DNA of 64,000 nt from Octopus sinensis (lineage: Eukaryota): contig NC_043002.1 of NCBI RefSeq assembly GCF_006345805.1, forward strand, positions 79,670,001 to 79,734,000, read 5' to 3'. Under the pieces are notes generated by a model. That model searched no databases, was not told the DNA's origin, and saw only the letters and a program-made list of their open reading frames with translations. Every line of letters begins with the position of its first letter. Position 1 is the first letter of the stretch. Shown here piece after piece: positions 38,600-53,199 of the stretch. Position numbers and translations under genes: made by a program.

Positions 38600-39421
38600 A
38601 TCATTATAAAGCTTGATCATTTATCAATTTCTCTACATAATTACCATTTCGGTCTAGGCATTTCTGTTGGTGCTGGGGCAGCTTTTGTATGCCCATGTCA
38701 TACCAGCTCACTGCCATGTCGTTGAGGAAGCGTTGAACCTCATCTTTCACCTCGTTGTCGTTGCTGAAGCGCGTTCTGGCCAAATGTTCTTTCAACTTAG
38801 GGAACAGGTAGTCATTGTGTGCAAAGTCCGGATTATAAAGTGGGTGGCCGTTTATAGTCTTCTGTGAGCTTTCGTGGGACCCAGTTTGCGCACACTTTCC
38901 AATATTGCAACTTTTCACTCAAAACCCTATGAAATGTGCTTCAGGAAACCTCAGCAACGAAAATGCGGGTATCATCCAGAGTGATCCGCCAATTTTCACG
39001 CAGGATTTGCTCAGCCTTTGCGACTGTCTCTCGACGGAAATTGATGTTCGTCCGCGTCTTTCTTCGTCGAGAATTTTAGTACGACCGGCAGCAAACTCCC
39101 TACACCACTAGCGGACGTTTTTGACATCAATGCACGACTCACCATACACTTCCATTAATTGCCGATGAATTCCAATCGGCTTAATGCCTTTTGCATTCAA
39201 AAACCCGAATGACTGCACGAACTTCACACTTGGCGGTTGCGTCAATCGGGAGCCCCATCAGATACGACTGCCGAGCCAACACTGAGCGTGGCAGCGAGCG
39301 GCGTGTGGGGGCAGGCGCAGGCACATACACAACAGACACAACAGTGTTACGAATAGCCGTACTCACAGTTTCCCTGTGTCCCACACGCGCTTTCGAGGCC
39401 TTACATTTGGGATTACCCTCG
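38600..39421 (-). mobile_element. mariner relic, internally deleted
   Basis: EVRAVIR, WVPRKLTE and HPLYNPDFAHNDYLFPKLK; one TIR (CGAGGGTAATCCCAAATGTAAGGCC) abutting TA. Confidence 0.9.
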
Positions 39422-39453
<32 letters not shown>

Positions 39454-40185
39454 ACACACGCTTAAATATACATATATAGATACATACATGCACAAATACA
39501 CATGATACTTGCCTGTATGGGATTGTGTATGTCTATGTGTGTGTGATTGTTAAAGTGGACTACTTTTCCAATAATAAATCCTCTACTCTACGTGATGTGT
39601 TGAGTGTTCTTTTGAAATATTACCAGCAAATATAAAACTGTGTATGTCTTGTTCTCGAAATTTGATCTAAATAGCAGTGTAACTACTCTAATTGGGTTTT
39701 AGGTGTGTCTGTCAATATTCACTTGTAATTGAAACCTGGTAGGTCTGTGTCGGGTCATCTCACGTGCGACATCGCTGCAAACTGGTCGATTGGGTTAATG
39801 CATATTTGTGTAATACTGTACTTTTCACTTGATTTCCAGTGTCATTCCCCCCCTCTCTCTCTTTCTCTTTACGTTCATCTTTCCTTTTGTCTGTCTCTGT
39901 TCTCTGTCTCTGTCACTTCTACTTTCTTTTCTCTCTCAGCACAAACGCAGACACACAAACACACACACGTGTGTGTGTGTGTGTGTGTGTGTACATATTA
40001 TATCTGTAGTCTCGATCTGAAGTACCATGATCTTTTGTCCAAATCCTCTTTATGCTTACTTTCATACGCGCCCATATATATCAATTATATACGCATGTGT
40101 ATAAACGGACACACAGACACAGCCACCCACACACAGATATGTATATTCATTCATAGGTATATATAATTAGATATGGATTTAAAAT

Positions 40186-40243
<58 letters not shown>

Positions 40244-40353
40244 CATCTATTATATAGCTGTATAATTAAATTTGAATATATGGGCATAGCTGTATAAACG
40301 CATATATATATAAATATGTATGTATATGTATATATACATATATATCTGAAATG

Positions 40354-40395
<42 letters not shown>

Positions 40396-40585
40396 GGACT
40401 AGAAAAAGAGAAAGACAGACAGAGAAACAGAAAGATGTACTAGACAAGTGCCAGCCTGTAATCGACACACAATTAAACACCTGCAAATATATATATTGAA
40501 CACTCATGGACAAACGTAAATATCTATACATTCATACGAAACAAACTATGCATATCTATGTCTATACGAATGGGTACATATATAT

Positions 40586-40626
<41 letters not shown>

Positions 40627-40870
40627 AGCGTAAGCGTGAAGGGGAGATCGAGAGGGTGAAGTGTGTAGTATATAATGTAATTTGCGTTTTTGTCTATCGT
40701 CAGCAATGGCGCTAAGCAAATTATCTTCCTCTAAGGGTTACGCCGTGTCATGTCTTGGTGTATGTTGTGGGACTGGGAAGTGAGTGCGAAAGAGGGATAA
40801 GAGAGAGAGAGTTAGAGGGAGTGTCCTGGAGTGGGAGTACGGAGGAAATAAATACAAAGTTGTACATCTG

Positions 40871-40928
<58 letters not shown>

Positions 40929-41703
40929 CATATACATACATATATATATACATACATATATATATATAAACATATATACATATATACAGAGAGACATAAT
41001 ATATATTTATATATATATTGATATATATATATATATCTATATATATTCATATATATATGTGTGTGTGTTTGTGTGTGCGTACGTATCTATGTATGTGGAG
41101 AGAGACAGACAGGGACAGACAGAGCGAGGGAACTGGAATGATTTTAACAAATATATATAACAATATTTTACTTGGAGACAAAAGTGTAAGGAGAGAAAAC
41201 AAATTGCTCCATAAAGCAGAGAGATGGAGATCTAGAGAGGAAGAGAGAGGGAGGGGGGAAGTGATAGAGAATGAGAGGGGTCGAGATGAGAGAAAAAGAA
41301 GAACACGAAAGAAAGATAGGAAAGAAACAAATTGAAACGAATGAGAGAGATTGAGATGGGGAATCATTTGTAGTAATAATTTTGATAGGAATGATAGAGA
41401 GAGAGAGCAAGACACAGAGAGAGAGAGAGAGAAAGACAGAGCAAGACAAAGAGAGAGAGAGAGAGAGAGTTTTGTACACAAATACATATGAATTTGTGCG
41501 TGCGTGTGTGTGTGTGTGTGTGCGTGTGTGTGTGAGTGTGTGTGTGTGTGTATCTTAAAATACACGACTCATGCATGGTAAAGCTGGAATCCACTAGAGT
41601 GAACCATTAACTAGGTTTAGGGAGATATAACTTAATAAAATATGTAGATTAACTGAATTAAAAAAACAATTGAAGGCATATATATTAAAATAACACACAA
41701 AAA

Positions 41704-41738
<35 letters not shown>

Positions 41739-41782
41739 GACATACATATAGATACACACACATATATGTGAATATATGTGCG

Positions 41783-41814
<32 letters not shown>

Positions 41815-41847
41815 GACTCATATATGCTTGTGTATGTATATGTGCAT

Positions 41848-41899
<52 letters not shown>

Positions 41900-41934
41900 T
41901 AATATAAGAATAGATAGAAGATAGATAGATAGAC

Positions 41935-41972
<38 letters not shown>

Positions 41973-42045
41973 GAGGTAGATAGATAGATACATACATACA
42001 TAGATAGATACATAGATAATATATAGATATATATATATATAGAAG

Positions 42046-42082
<37 letters not shown>

Positions 42083-42628
42083 GGATGGGGATATTGAAGA
42101 GTGACAGACACACAAACCGTTAGATTTGGAAGGAGGAGAAATATAAAAATATGAAGAGAATAGAGGACTCAATACGTGACACAATAAATCACCATATATA
42201 TGTGTGTGTATATATATATATATATGCGTGCGCGTATGTGTGTATGTGTGCGTTTGAGTGAGTGTGCGCTTGTTTATACGCACACAAGCACACACCGACC
42301 CATCCATACGTACATTATATATATACACGGAGAGGAAAGCAAGTATCCTATTTGCTTCTTGTTTGATCGTGTATGTCTTTATGTGTATCTGCAAGTATTT
42401 CGTGCGCGAGTGTATGCAAGTTTGTGCATGAAGGTGTGTGTGTGTGTATGTGTGTGGTGTGGAGGGGGAGACGGGGCGGGTGTAAGAAATATATTGTTTT
42501 TCCAGAGAATGTACCAGATAAATGATCTTCGCAGTGAAGGTTATATGCTGGTGTGATATCATTGTAAGTATATCAGTGTGATACGTCTGGTGATAACTTC
42601 TTCGTTATCATTATGAAAACAAGAGAAA

Positions 42629-42659
<31 letters not shown>

Positions 42660-42775
42660 CGAGAGAGGGGGTGAGAGAGAAAGAGAGAGATTTATGCAGA
42701 CAAAGTTGTTGTTCATAATCTAACGATATACGTTTGTTTTATTACTTGTTTATGTTGTTTGTCTTGTTTTGTTAA

Positions 42776-42806
<31 letters not shown>

Positions 42807-43169
42807 CAGCGTATTGTCTTCTTGCAACAACTGTTATCAATAGCAGCGACAGCAGTAGCAGTAGCAGCTGCTCCGGCACCACAACCAGCATCAGCCCCGT
42901 GCTACTCCCTCTCCTCCTCCTAATTATTATCATGGGGATAGCCATCACCATCATTGTAGTCGTCATCATCATCATCATCATCATCATAACCATCAGCACC
43001 ACCGCCATCCTCCTTCTTCCCCTCCTCCACATCGTCATCATCATCATCATCATCAACATTGTGAGTTTTATTTTTCTTCATGAAGTTTTATGATGGCTAC
43101 GTTCATCATAACCTTCACACAGACAAGTATTAGAATCACGAATAGAGAATACGAACATTATTATTATTG

Positions 43170-43212
<43 letters not shown>

Positions 43213-43218
43213 TATTAT

Positions 43219-43560
43219 TATTACCTCCGCCATAGCGAGGGCGGAAGTATTGTTTCCATTCGCGTTTGTTTGTTTGTTTGTTTGTCTGTCTGTCCGTGGA
43301 CAAAATATCCCAAGAACCCCTGGATGGATTCGGATGAAACTTTCAGGGATGTTTGACCTCATGACTGGCATGAACTGATTAGATTTTAAGATCGATCCGG
43401 TCCGGACAAGTATTCTGGAGTATTTTTCTTGATTTTTACTTAATTTTTGAGAGCGGTCGGTTTGATTTTTAGTATTCTGGTTTGTGAGAGCAGTCGAGTT
43501 TATTTCAGATATTCTCATTTAAAAAATCCTCTCCGGCTAATCGTTGAAAGGATGTTGGTG
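43219..43560 (+). mobile_element. Helentron-associated non-autonomous element (HINE/DINE-like), truncated
   Basis: ACCTCCGCC-N8-GGCGGAAGT subterminal palindrome after TT, then (GTTT)n(GTCT)n and 'ggattcggatgaaactttcagg'. Confidence 0.65.
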
Positions 43561-45020
43561 TTGTCGTTAGTGTTGTATTTGAGTCAGTTGAGTTTGAAGT
43601 ATATACGCTCCATGTGAGTACTGTTATTGTTAAACTGTAATTTATTGGATTGCTGGATTGTTGTTACCTGAAATTGTTGAACTTGTTGTTACCTGATTTT
43701 AAAAATATTCTTCCCCATTTATGGGTGAGGTGGTGAACAATATTGTTATGTAAGGTACACCAGTGCAAGCGGGCAGTTATGCTGCGGTGGCTGGCAAAAA
43801 ACCTTCATCAGAGGTACTGCAAGTTAGAGAAATTAAATTGAAGGGAAAAACTTCAAGAAATACAATGATTTATTGAGAAAGGAGGGATATAGACTTTGGT
43901 TGACACCTCCCAAGGCAGTGAGAGAAAAAATGGAGAAGAAAACAATTGTATACAGAACGTTGAATGTTGCAACGAAAAAGGTGGAAATAGCAGCGATGAA
44001 GGCGGTCGAGGAGTGTCTGAGAGAAATTAAGAATGTAACGACGTACTACACCAGAGGAAGGAAATACAGCACAATGGAGGTACGCTTTGTGAGTGAAGAA
44101 GAAGCGAGAAAATACTCCACTGCACTTCTAGAGTGAGTAATACTACCGACTTACTGTGGCAAACGTGCAGCCAGAGTAAGAATAGGTAGAGTGCCCCCAG
44201 AAATTTATGAGGCGTGGCTGGTGGCAGCCATCCTCTTCAATACAGAGGAGGACACAGAAATACTGAAAATTACTGCGGAGGTGAACTGCTAGGGGTATGG
44301 ACTAGAGGTATTGATCCATATATGTTTGCCAGACCTCCACAAGATTGCGGAAGAACTGGTACTGCCAGATGAAACAAGGTTAAGAATTGTGGTGGAAAGA
44401 AGACCGCCTGTATGTTTCCTATGTGGAGTAAGGGGACAAATGAAAGCTAAGTGTCCCCAGGATCATGAAGAGGAAGAGACAGAGAAGGAATATCTGGAAG
44501 TAGAGGGTACACCCGTAGCAGAGGAGCAAATGGAAGAGCAATATACAGTGGTAAAAAGGAAAAAGAGTTATATAGAGTTATCACCAAAAAGTCCGAGGAA
44601 GAAAAGAAAGGCAAGTGGAGAGGAGACGCAGAGTGAAAAACAAGAGAATACGAATGAGAAAAGAAAAATGAAAAGTCAGTAAAAGTGAGGAACGAACACA
44701 GAGGCCATCAACTACCAAGGAGGAAAGAGTACAGAAGAGAAAGGAAAATGAAGGAGAGATGATAGTAACACAGAGTGAGAGACAAACAGAGATAGAAATG
44801 CCAGCGGAAGAGGAGGGGATGATGAGGAGAGAAGGGGGGTGACACCAAAAGGGAGGAACCTGAGAATAATGGTGCAATACACAAAAAGCGTAGAGATAGA
44901 GAAAAAGATTGCCATGATGAAGAACGTTATCAGAATGAAATTAGCGGCCAAAAAGAATAATGATGGTTTGAAAGCTGTTTTGCTTGAACACTTGTTACAC
45001 CATGGTTCCTCTGCTTTATA
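43560..45020 (+). mobile_element. Tx1/L1-type LINE 5' UTR and decayed ORF1
   Basis: SYAAVAGKK, RRM-like region, zinc knuckle CFLCGVRGQMKAKCP (H>Q), Lys/Glu-rich tail; several stops. Confidence 0.7.
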
Positions 45021-45034
45021 GCAGAAGTAGGAAG

Positions 45035-45218
45035 AAACCGTTAGAGAAAGTTGTGGTGAAAGAGTACGGTGGGGTTCAACCCCCCCTTCCGCCGGAGCCT
45101 CGTGGAGATTTGGTGTTTTGCTCAATAAACACTCACAATGCCCGGTCTGGTAATCGAAACTGCGTTCTTACGACTGTGCGAGTCCGCTGCCTTAACCACT
45201 GGGCCATTGCGCCTCCAC
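45035..45218 (-). mobile_element. SINE family 4, 3'-truncated
   Basis: Same head as 12626-13013. Confidence 0.88.
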
Positions 45219-46561
45219 TTGTTGCTGTTGGTATTCTTTGTTGACAGAGGTTGGTGTATGAAGATAAGGGTAACAGAATTGTTTATTAACAGTATCTCAA
45301 TGTTAAACTAAATTTCTGAAATGTAACCACACTTCAAGTTTGATCTTAGGTTCTATACCTGTAGTTATCTTGTCTAAGAATAAAAAATAAACAGTGAAAA
45401 TATGCGAACATCCACCTCAGTATACAATACATACTTTTCTGCTTCTTGATGCAAGTATTACCTATTGCTTCACAAATTTGCTTTGTAGTCATAGCCTTCG
45501 TGTTCGGTCTCACGACGTACTATCGTTTGTAATAATCTCGTACCATAACCTCTTGTGAAACAAAGCCTTGAAAGAATGTGCAATAGATGGAAACTGTGCG
45601 TAAGTCTGTTGGATTAGTTTTCTAATTAAAAGAATGTATCAACCATTTCAATCAGGTCGACTCGGTTTTATGTTATGAGTACGAGTAACTTTAGAATATT
45701 CAGAACTTTCTCAATGATTTAATGAGTTATTAGAACTGTTATTCATACTGTTGGAATAATCGTGGTTAAACCAATGGAATATCCGTTTTTATGTATAGCT
45801 TTTTCTAGAAACACTGATTCGAACCTTGAACCACTTCCTCTCACTAAACACTCAACAGTTACTATTTTCGGAAGCGTTGTCACCTATCCACTCTTTTCCT
45901 CTCTCCACATTATTCAAATTATTAACCATGTTATTCAAGTTTCAACAACAGACAATGAGAAAGAGATAGAGATGGCGATATAATACATACATACATACAT
46001 ACATACATACATACATACATACATACATACATACATACATACATACATACATGCATAGTGAGAGAGAAAAAGATTGGCAGTCAGATAGATTGAGACAGAG
46101 ACAGAGACAGAGAAAGAGCGAGAAGGATAGAGATAATAAGAAAGAGTCCTGAACAATCACTCGGCTTGCTTGAAATAGCCACCCGTATCCTCCGCAAATC
46201 GTACCTTTCTTCTTTAAGAAAGGTTTATTATCTAATGTTTACCTAGATGAACAGCGTCTAAATATAAAACGATTTTCCTGGTTCTAAACAATAACAACAA
46301 TATTACCAGCCTCTAGGCTATCAAAAATGGCTTGTTGTGTTTTAGCTCCACGTCATTTCCGATTATGTCTGACATACATAAGGGGAATAATAGCTATAAG
46401 GAACTTCTTTAACAACCATCACAATAGCTTCCAGAGACCAGTAAAATAGTTCTTAAAAAGCTTGATCGAACACATGTTTGATCTAATACATCATTCATAA
46501 ACCATTAATAAATCTGACCTACGGAATCAGTCATAAGTAACCTCATGAAGGCCCACTAATG

Positions 46562-46845
46562 CAGTGCTACTCAAAGTGGTGATCCGCAGACCGGTGCCGG
46601 TCCGCGATCCATCAGCTGTCGGTAGGCGGCGAGTTTCTAGAAAAGTAAGACATGATAAAATGCTTATAAAATGCTTATTATTTGTTTACAAAATAAATAT
46701 AATATGAAAAAAATTGTCAACTTTTATTATATTCATAATATATATTGTTTCCGGTATAAATTAATATTTCTAAGAAATATTACTGGTCCCTGGCATATTG
46801 GAAAAAAATGCCGGTACGCCACCTCAGATAGCTTGAGAAGCACTG
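46562..46845. mobile_element. hAT-family MITE
   Basis: TIRs CAGTGCTACTCAA / TTGAGAAGCACTG; perfect 8-bp TSD CACTAATG at 46554-46561 and 46846-46853. Confidence 0.95.
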
Positions 46846-47220
46846 CACTAATGCATCTCTCAAACATCAGTAACACTGCTTTCAAAGAGCCTAGTCTAAG
46901 GCTCACAAAGTAGTCTTATTGCTCAAAGAGACATCAGACGTCTTAAGTTTCTATTATAGCTCTAATCGATTAGGCACCTCTGAAACAGTAAGCTGATTAC
47001 AAACCTACCGGAACCAAGCGATTGACCTTCTCTTCTTATTCTTCTTGTCTCACCTTACATACCGTCAACTAAATATTTTGTTTCAAAATTTAAACAAAAG
47101 TATGATACAGGCACGAACGGAAAATGCATACAAGATGTGGGCGCGTTCATTCCTCGTCAATTATCGTCCAAAAAGTCCTTACAATTTCAAGCCTTTATTG
47201 ATAATATTGTTCATTTTTGG

Positions 47221-47232
47221 TGACGTCAGTAG
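47221..47232 (+). promoter_or_regulatory. Perfect CRE (TGACGTCA) overlapping an Inr-like TCAGT; candidate promoter
   Basis: Lies immediately 5' of a purine-rich leader ending in donor CGG|GTAAGA at 47505. Confidence 0.45.
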
Positions 47233-47611
47233 TTAGAAGCGGCTGGGAATAGTGAGCTAACGTTGAGAACAGTGATGAAAACAAACGACGCACGTAGCGG
47301 TATAGATATAGATACACAAATAAAATAAAGCATACAATAAAGGAACAAAAAGGAGTAAAGATGGAAAGTTAGAACGAAAGGCGGAAAAAAAAAACCGTGA
47401 AGAAAAAAACCATCCGTGGGAAGTAGATCATGAGAGAAGCGTGACTGAACTAGTCATCGGCTAAGCGAAGAAAGGAAGAGAACAGAGACAGGAGAATAGT
47501 CACGGGTAAGAAAAAATTCCCATTCTGCTAATTTGTCTCCCCAGCCCCTGTTATTTCTATAGTTACCTCAAACGGCAAAGGTCATCGACCTTAGGAGGCC
47601 CTGGAAAGGTC
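47229..47611 (+). other. Predicted 5' UTR: exon 1 (to 47505), short intron, exon 2 from 47563
   Basis: Donor GTAAGA at 47506, CTAAT branch motif, acceptors CCCCAG (47544) and TTCTATAG (47562); in-frame TAA at 47462 with no ATG before 47612. Confidence 0.5.
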
Positions 47612-47636
47612 ATGAACATAGCCCAACTTTTTCGCA
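47612..47636 (+). CDS. Secreted peptide precursor, coding exon 1 (MNIAQLFR, phase 1)
   Basis: GTCATGA start context; perfect GTAAGT donor at 47637. Confidence 0.6.
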
Positions 47637-47784
47637 GTAAGTAATAATTAAATAGAAGTAAAATATATGTGTATTGTACAATGTTACGGTTTATTGCACA
47701 ATACATGTATACTAAACGATGACTCATTCGTACACAAGTACAGGAACAGAAAAAATCCTTGAAGCACAACTGCATATATCCATG

Positions 47785-47847
<63 letters not shown>

Positions 47848-47848
47848 A

Positions 47849-47882
<34 letters not shown>

Positions 47883-48006
47883 AGTAGATGTACATACATA
47901 GTCATTTATGTGTATATATTCACACACATACAAAAGTACGCATGCGAACTTTCACCACTGTTTACTCCCCTTAACTGATATGTTCTTCCATATATTAACA
48001 ATAATG

Positions 48007-48100
<94 letters not shown>

Positions 48101-48273
48101 TATATATATTTACTCGCACGTACGCACACACACATACATATAATGAGTTCAAAATGTCTTTATTGATCGATCAATTTTCAGAATCTGATTGAATTCTATA
48201 CACATCTTTCCATAATATCATGGAAATTTATTATATATTTTCGACCTTCCAATAAGCGGACTAAAGCCATAAC

Positions 48274-48319
<46 letters not shown>

Positions 48320-48437
48320 GTTATTATTATTATTATTATTATCATGAATGTTTACCCATTTTCAGCTGTATGTATTCCACTCCTATTCCTTCTAGTCTGC
48401 CATAAAATATCCCATCATGCTTGGCGGGAGTCAATGA

Positions 48438-48502
<65 letters not shown>

Positions 48503-49444
48503 TAATAACATCAACAATAATAATAATAATAAGGACCTTTTGAGTGGGATGGGCTACTCGACCAGAAGAGAATTCTAACTGGGCCCCACCTGCAAGGTTA
48601 TGTGCTGTTTATCTTGATTACCTATTGCTTCACAAAAGGCTTTAGAATACGCATATCGAACTCAAATTCACTTTGGAAATAGTCAGTGGACTTCAGAAAT
48701 ATCAGCCGATCTATGGTGTCCCTGATGTCATTTTCGAAAGCTTCCAGCAACTTGAACCAGGGTGGATATTTCCTGGTCACTGATAAAGGTTTTCAAACTC
48801 ATACGTCACACGAGATCAGTCATGTTATACAGCAGTTTGTGCAAGGAACATAATTTTCTTTATGAATTCCCTTTTGAACTTCTCTCATGGGATTTTTGTT
48901 CGCTTTCTTTCCCAGGAATCACAAACCGTATGTCATTTTTTCCTACTTTCCTACTATCATTTCTGATGAGCGCAGTCTAAAGTTATCATCTAACTCATTT
49001 GTGAAATCGATTAGTAACATTAGCTGCAGTAGATGTATGATACTGTACAGTATAAATAATAACATACCCACGCAAATGAAAAATATATGAGTGAAAGTCA
49101 CGTTTTTTTATACGGATTCTAAGGCGACTATACATACATGTCAAACAATCTCTCTCTCTCGTTATATATAAGGTATATATATTTTTCAAATATTGTTTTA
49201 ACTAATTTTAAAAATTAATTTTATTGTACTTTATAGTATGCTTTAAAATGCTTTAAAATTATTATGTTGTTATATTGGATATAACTTTCAATGTTTATTC
49301 CAGAAAATAAGGTTGTCCTGAAATAGGAGTTGTGGTTCTATTGGTAAAATCCCAAATTTGTAATAATACATATCATTATTTCTAATTCTCTCTAAAGGAG
49401 ACTACGCAGCGGTACTGGATGTTAATAGTTATCGCCAAGCTAAC

Positions 49445-49516
49445 ATGGCAGTCCTGAAAAATAGGGCGAATCTTGCTGTCAACGGCAGCATTCGTCCTAT
49501 TTTTCTGGACTGCCAT
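49445..49516. other. 72-nt near-perfect hairpin (MITE-like)
   Basis: ATGGCAGTCC-TGAAAAATAGGGCGAAT...ATTCGTCCTATTTTTCT-GGACTGCCAT. Confidence 0.7.
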
Positions 49517-49538
49517 TATATCTTGGCTATAACTATTA

Positions 49539-49589
<51 letters not shown>

Positions 49590-49594
<5 letters not shown>

Positions 49595-49617
49595 ATTACC
49601 TAGTAGGCAGACTTCCT

Positions 49618-49654
<37 letters not shown>

Positions 49655-49660
49655 GTCTCC

Positions 49661-49709
<49 letters not shown>

Positions 49710-49732
49710 ATGTAATTACCTAGTAGGCAGAC

Positions 49733-49772
<40 letters not shown>

Positions 49773-49773
49773 C

Positions 49774-49790
<17 letters not shown>
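49590..49790. repeat. Local tandem duplication (~120-bp unit: GTAATTACCTAGTAGGCAGACTTC-(CT)n-GTCTCCG-(TA)n)
   Basis: Unique parts identical in both copies. Confidence 0.9.
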
Positions 49791-49808
<18 letters not shown>

Positions 49809-49903
49809 GCGTGTTTGTATGTGCGTTTCCATTTATCTGTCCATATATTTAGCAATCAATAAGTCAATCAATCAATCATTCAATCAATTTATCTGTCTAT
49901 CTG

Positions 49904-49974
<71 letters not shown>

Positions 49975-50181
49975 ACCAACGGTATACTTCTCACCGACTT
50001 CTTCTTGCTTTGATCATATAACATTTTCTCACACTTTCCCCAAATACACTTAACACACAAAAATCATATAAACCCCTGCCTACACATTTGTTCATGCACA
50101 TCAACATGCGTACATATATTCACAAGAAACATACCCCCCACACACACACATACACAGAGTCATGCAAAAATTACTCTCATA

Positions 50182-51399
50182 CGATGGGATGCTGAGACGT
50201 TTCTGGCGCTAATGTTATCGCGAAAGAGTAGAGGTGTTACCTTTAAGGCGGTAGTAGGACTATTAGTTAGAAGAAGAAATTCAAAACATCATGATGGTAT
50301 ACAATACATGCTTTTGTTTTTTTTTGTAGATTTCATGCATGATGGCAGCTCCTACAGTAGATTTAGGTAAAATTGAAGCACGGTCATGAACTTCTTTTTG
50401 TAAGGCAAAAAGACAAGCAAGGTGAACGAAGTTTCAAGAATGGCTGCCCATCTTACCCCAAAGAAAAAATTCGGATGTCATTGTTTCGGACTGGTCATTT
50501 CGAGGCAACGGATGAACTCCAGTCAGGGCAGTCAACTTCTGCGACTGCAGACAAGAAAGCTGATGCTGTGCACATCACGATTCTCGTGGATCGCCGGATT
50601 TCAGCTAAAGCCATCGCTGAGATTCTGGATATTTTCCACAAAATGAGTGTCAATATACGTGAACACAAATCAGTAGCGCATCAGACAGATATCAAAGCCG
50701 ATTTTGGGCCAGTTTTCAGCAGAAAGGCTGGTTTAATGGCTTCTTTAGTAACTATGGATGAAACCTGGTTTCATAATTATGAATTCTAGACCAAGCAGCA
50801 ATCAATGAAATGGGGTGACAGTGATTCACCGCGTCCCATGTAGTTTCGAACTCAGAAGTTAGCTGGAAAATTCTGGCTTCAGTTTTTTGTAACAGAGATG
50901 GGCTACTCATAAACATCTGACAAAGGTACGCACCATCAATGCAGAATACTAACGTCTCAGTTGGACGACCTGCTTGAAGCTTTGAAGAAGAAACTCGAGA
51001 AATGCTGAGCTGTGTGTACTGTTTTTGCAGGATAATGCACCGCATCACACATCACATAAAACTCTACGGAAAATATGCGAAAATATGTGACTTTGACTTC
51101 AAATTGGTTGGCCACCCACCTTACTCTCCTGATTTGTTCCCTTAACTCTCATCCCTTTCCACATCTGAAAAAAACAACAAAACAAAATAAATCTCAAGAG
51201 AAAGAAATTTCACTCCGATTCGGAGGCCTGGTTGAAGGCCCAACATTCCGAGTACTTTTCACAGGGCTTAGAAAAACTGAAGGACTGCTGCAATAAGTGT
51301 GTGAATTTGAGATGGGAATATGTAGAATAAAATCCTAATTAACTGGTCTTCCTTGTATTTTCTTTTACCCAAAGCCAGGAAATTTTCATCACCCTAAGG
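50182..51399 (+). mobile_element. mariner element, near full length, decayed
   Basis: VTMDETWFHNYE, QDNAPHH and HPPYSPDL motifs; degenerate TIRs with TA on both sides. Confidence 0.9.
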
Positions 51400-51919
51400 T
51401 ACTCATACAAACATCTATACACCTACGCAAACGCACGCTCACGAACAAGCAGACGATTACTACCTTACAAAAGTATTAATGGAAGAAATGAAACAAGGAA
51501 TGTGGTCAAACACTGTTATATAAATTAGTATGTTAATGAAAGGAAAATGCAAATAAACAGCAAAATTCTTTGTTGATGTAAAATGGAAAAACGAAAACTT
51601 CATTATCCACCTTTTTTCTTTTTGTTTTTACAAAAAGAAAATTAATTTAATTAATTATTAGTTACAACTTCTATTACTGACTGCTAATGAAATAGCATAT
51701 GTATATTAAGGAGTACGGGGATGTTTTTGTGAAGTGGTGGTATTGGAGGTAATGGTGGTGGTTGTGATGATGACGGTGTTGGTGCTTTGTGGTATCGTCT
51801 TTGTTTTAGCATGTTATTTTGCAGCTTATCTACAATTCAGATGATCATAATATACACGATGGTGTTGTTAATGTTGATAAAGGGGGCGTGATACTTTGTA
51901 AGGAAATGCTAATGTAATG

Positions 51920-52159
51920 ATGAGGATGATGTTGATGATGATGATGATGATGATATGATGATGATGATATGATGATGATGATGATGATGATGATAATGGT
52001 GGCGATGATGTTCATGATAATGATGACGACGAAATGACAATAACAACTATAAAAATAACAATGACAATAACAATAACAGTAAATATTGAAACTATACAAC
52101 AAACTAGAATAACAATATCACCTACGCTAATAATAATAATAATGATATTAATAATAATG

Positions 52160-52202
<43 letters not shown>

Positions 52203-52520
52203 TAATAACAACTATACTACTACTACTACTCATAATAATAATAATAATAATACGAAGAAGATGATGATGATGCAGAAGAAGAAGAAGAAGAAGAAGAAGA
52301 AGAAGAAGAAGAAGAAGACGAATGAGAAGACGAGGAAGAAGAAGAAGAAGAAGAAGAAGAAGAAGAAGACGAAGAAGAAGACGAGGAAGGAGAAGAAGAA
52401 GAAGAAGAAGAAGAAGAAGAAGAAGAAGAAGAAGAAGAAGAAGAAGAAGAAGAAGAAGAGAAGAAGAAGACAAAGAAGAAGAAGACAAAGAAGAAGAAGA
52501 AGACGACGAAGAAGAATGAC
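51920..52520. repeat. Trinucleotide mosaic (GAT)n, (AAT)n and ~260-bp (GAA)n
   Basis: Direct inspection. Confidence 0.95.
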
Positions 52521-53199
52521 AATGTTTAGTAAAAGAATAATGACATAGCAAATAGTAACACAGATTCACGCATACATATCCACATACATATATGTAAACG
52601 GAAGAAATAAAACTTTATAAAAAGCCCAAACAAACAAAAAACTTAATAACAGGGTTGTGTGTTACATAAAGTTGTTTTGCAATTCCCTTCTTCACACAAA
52701 ATGGTTATCATTAAAGATTGGCCATTGAATTTGAAACGTGAATCTAAGGAAAATACATAAGAAAATAACTAAATAACCTCTATAAAGTAAATAAATAAAT
52801 AAATAACTAAATTATTAAAGGAATGAATGAATAAATGTATAAAATAAAATGAAATTCAGAAATGAAAGTCTGTGTAACAAGGAAGTGAAGCAAGGCGGTT
52901 TCTCTCACATGTCAAGGCAGGTCGAAATAGCTTATTGAAGGGCTAATGTAATTATGTATGTATGTATGTATGTATACGTGTGTGCGTGTGTCTGCGTGTG
53001 TGTGTGTGTGTGTGTATACGTAAATGACGAACGATGAAAATGAGTGCTCAACACTACATTGTTGGATATAACTTCTTTAATTGTGAATACCGTTGGTTTC
53101 ATATTAGGAATATTTGGAAAATATCCCCGTATCTTAACAATTTTTCAAACTGATCACGTAGAGAAACGTGTTTGCCGCCAATTTGGAAAACACAGCCTT

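Noticed and set aside
42860-43060. His/Pro-rich frame ending at an ATT|GTGAGT donor
   Set aside because: No credible acceptor, upstream stops, trinucleotide mosaic
48700-48800. Harbinger/PIF-like motif (YGVPDVIFES...LEPG/GYFLVTDKGF)
   Set aside because: Only a short two-frame resemblance; flanking motifs not recovered; needs an HMM search
52012-52569. Poly-Leu/Ile/Lys/Arg/Ser ORFs
   Set aside because: Pure (GAA)n/(AAT)n/(GAT)n microsatellite translation
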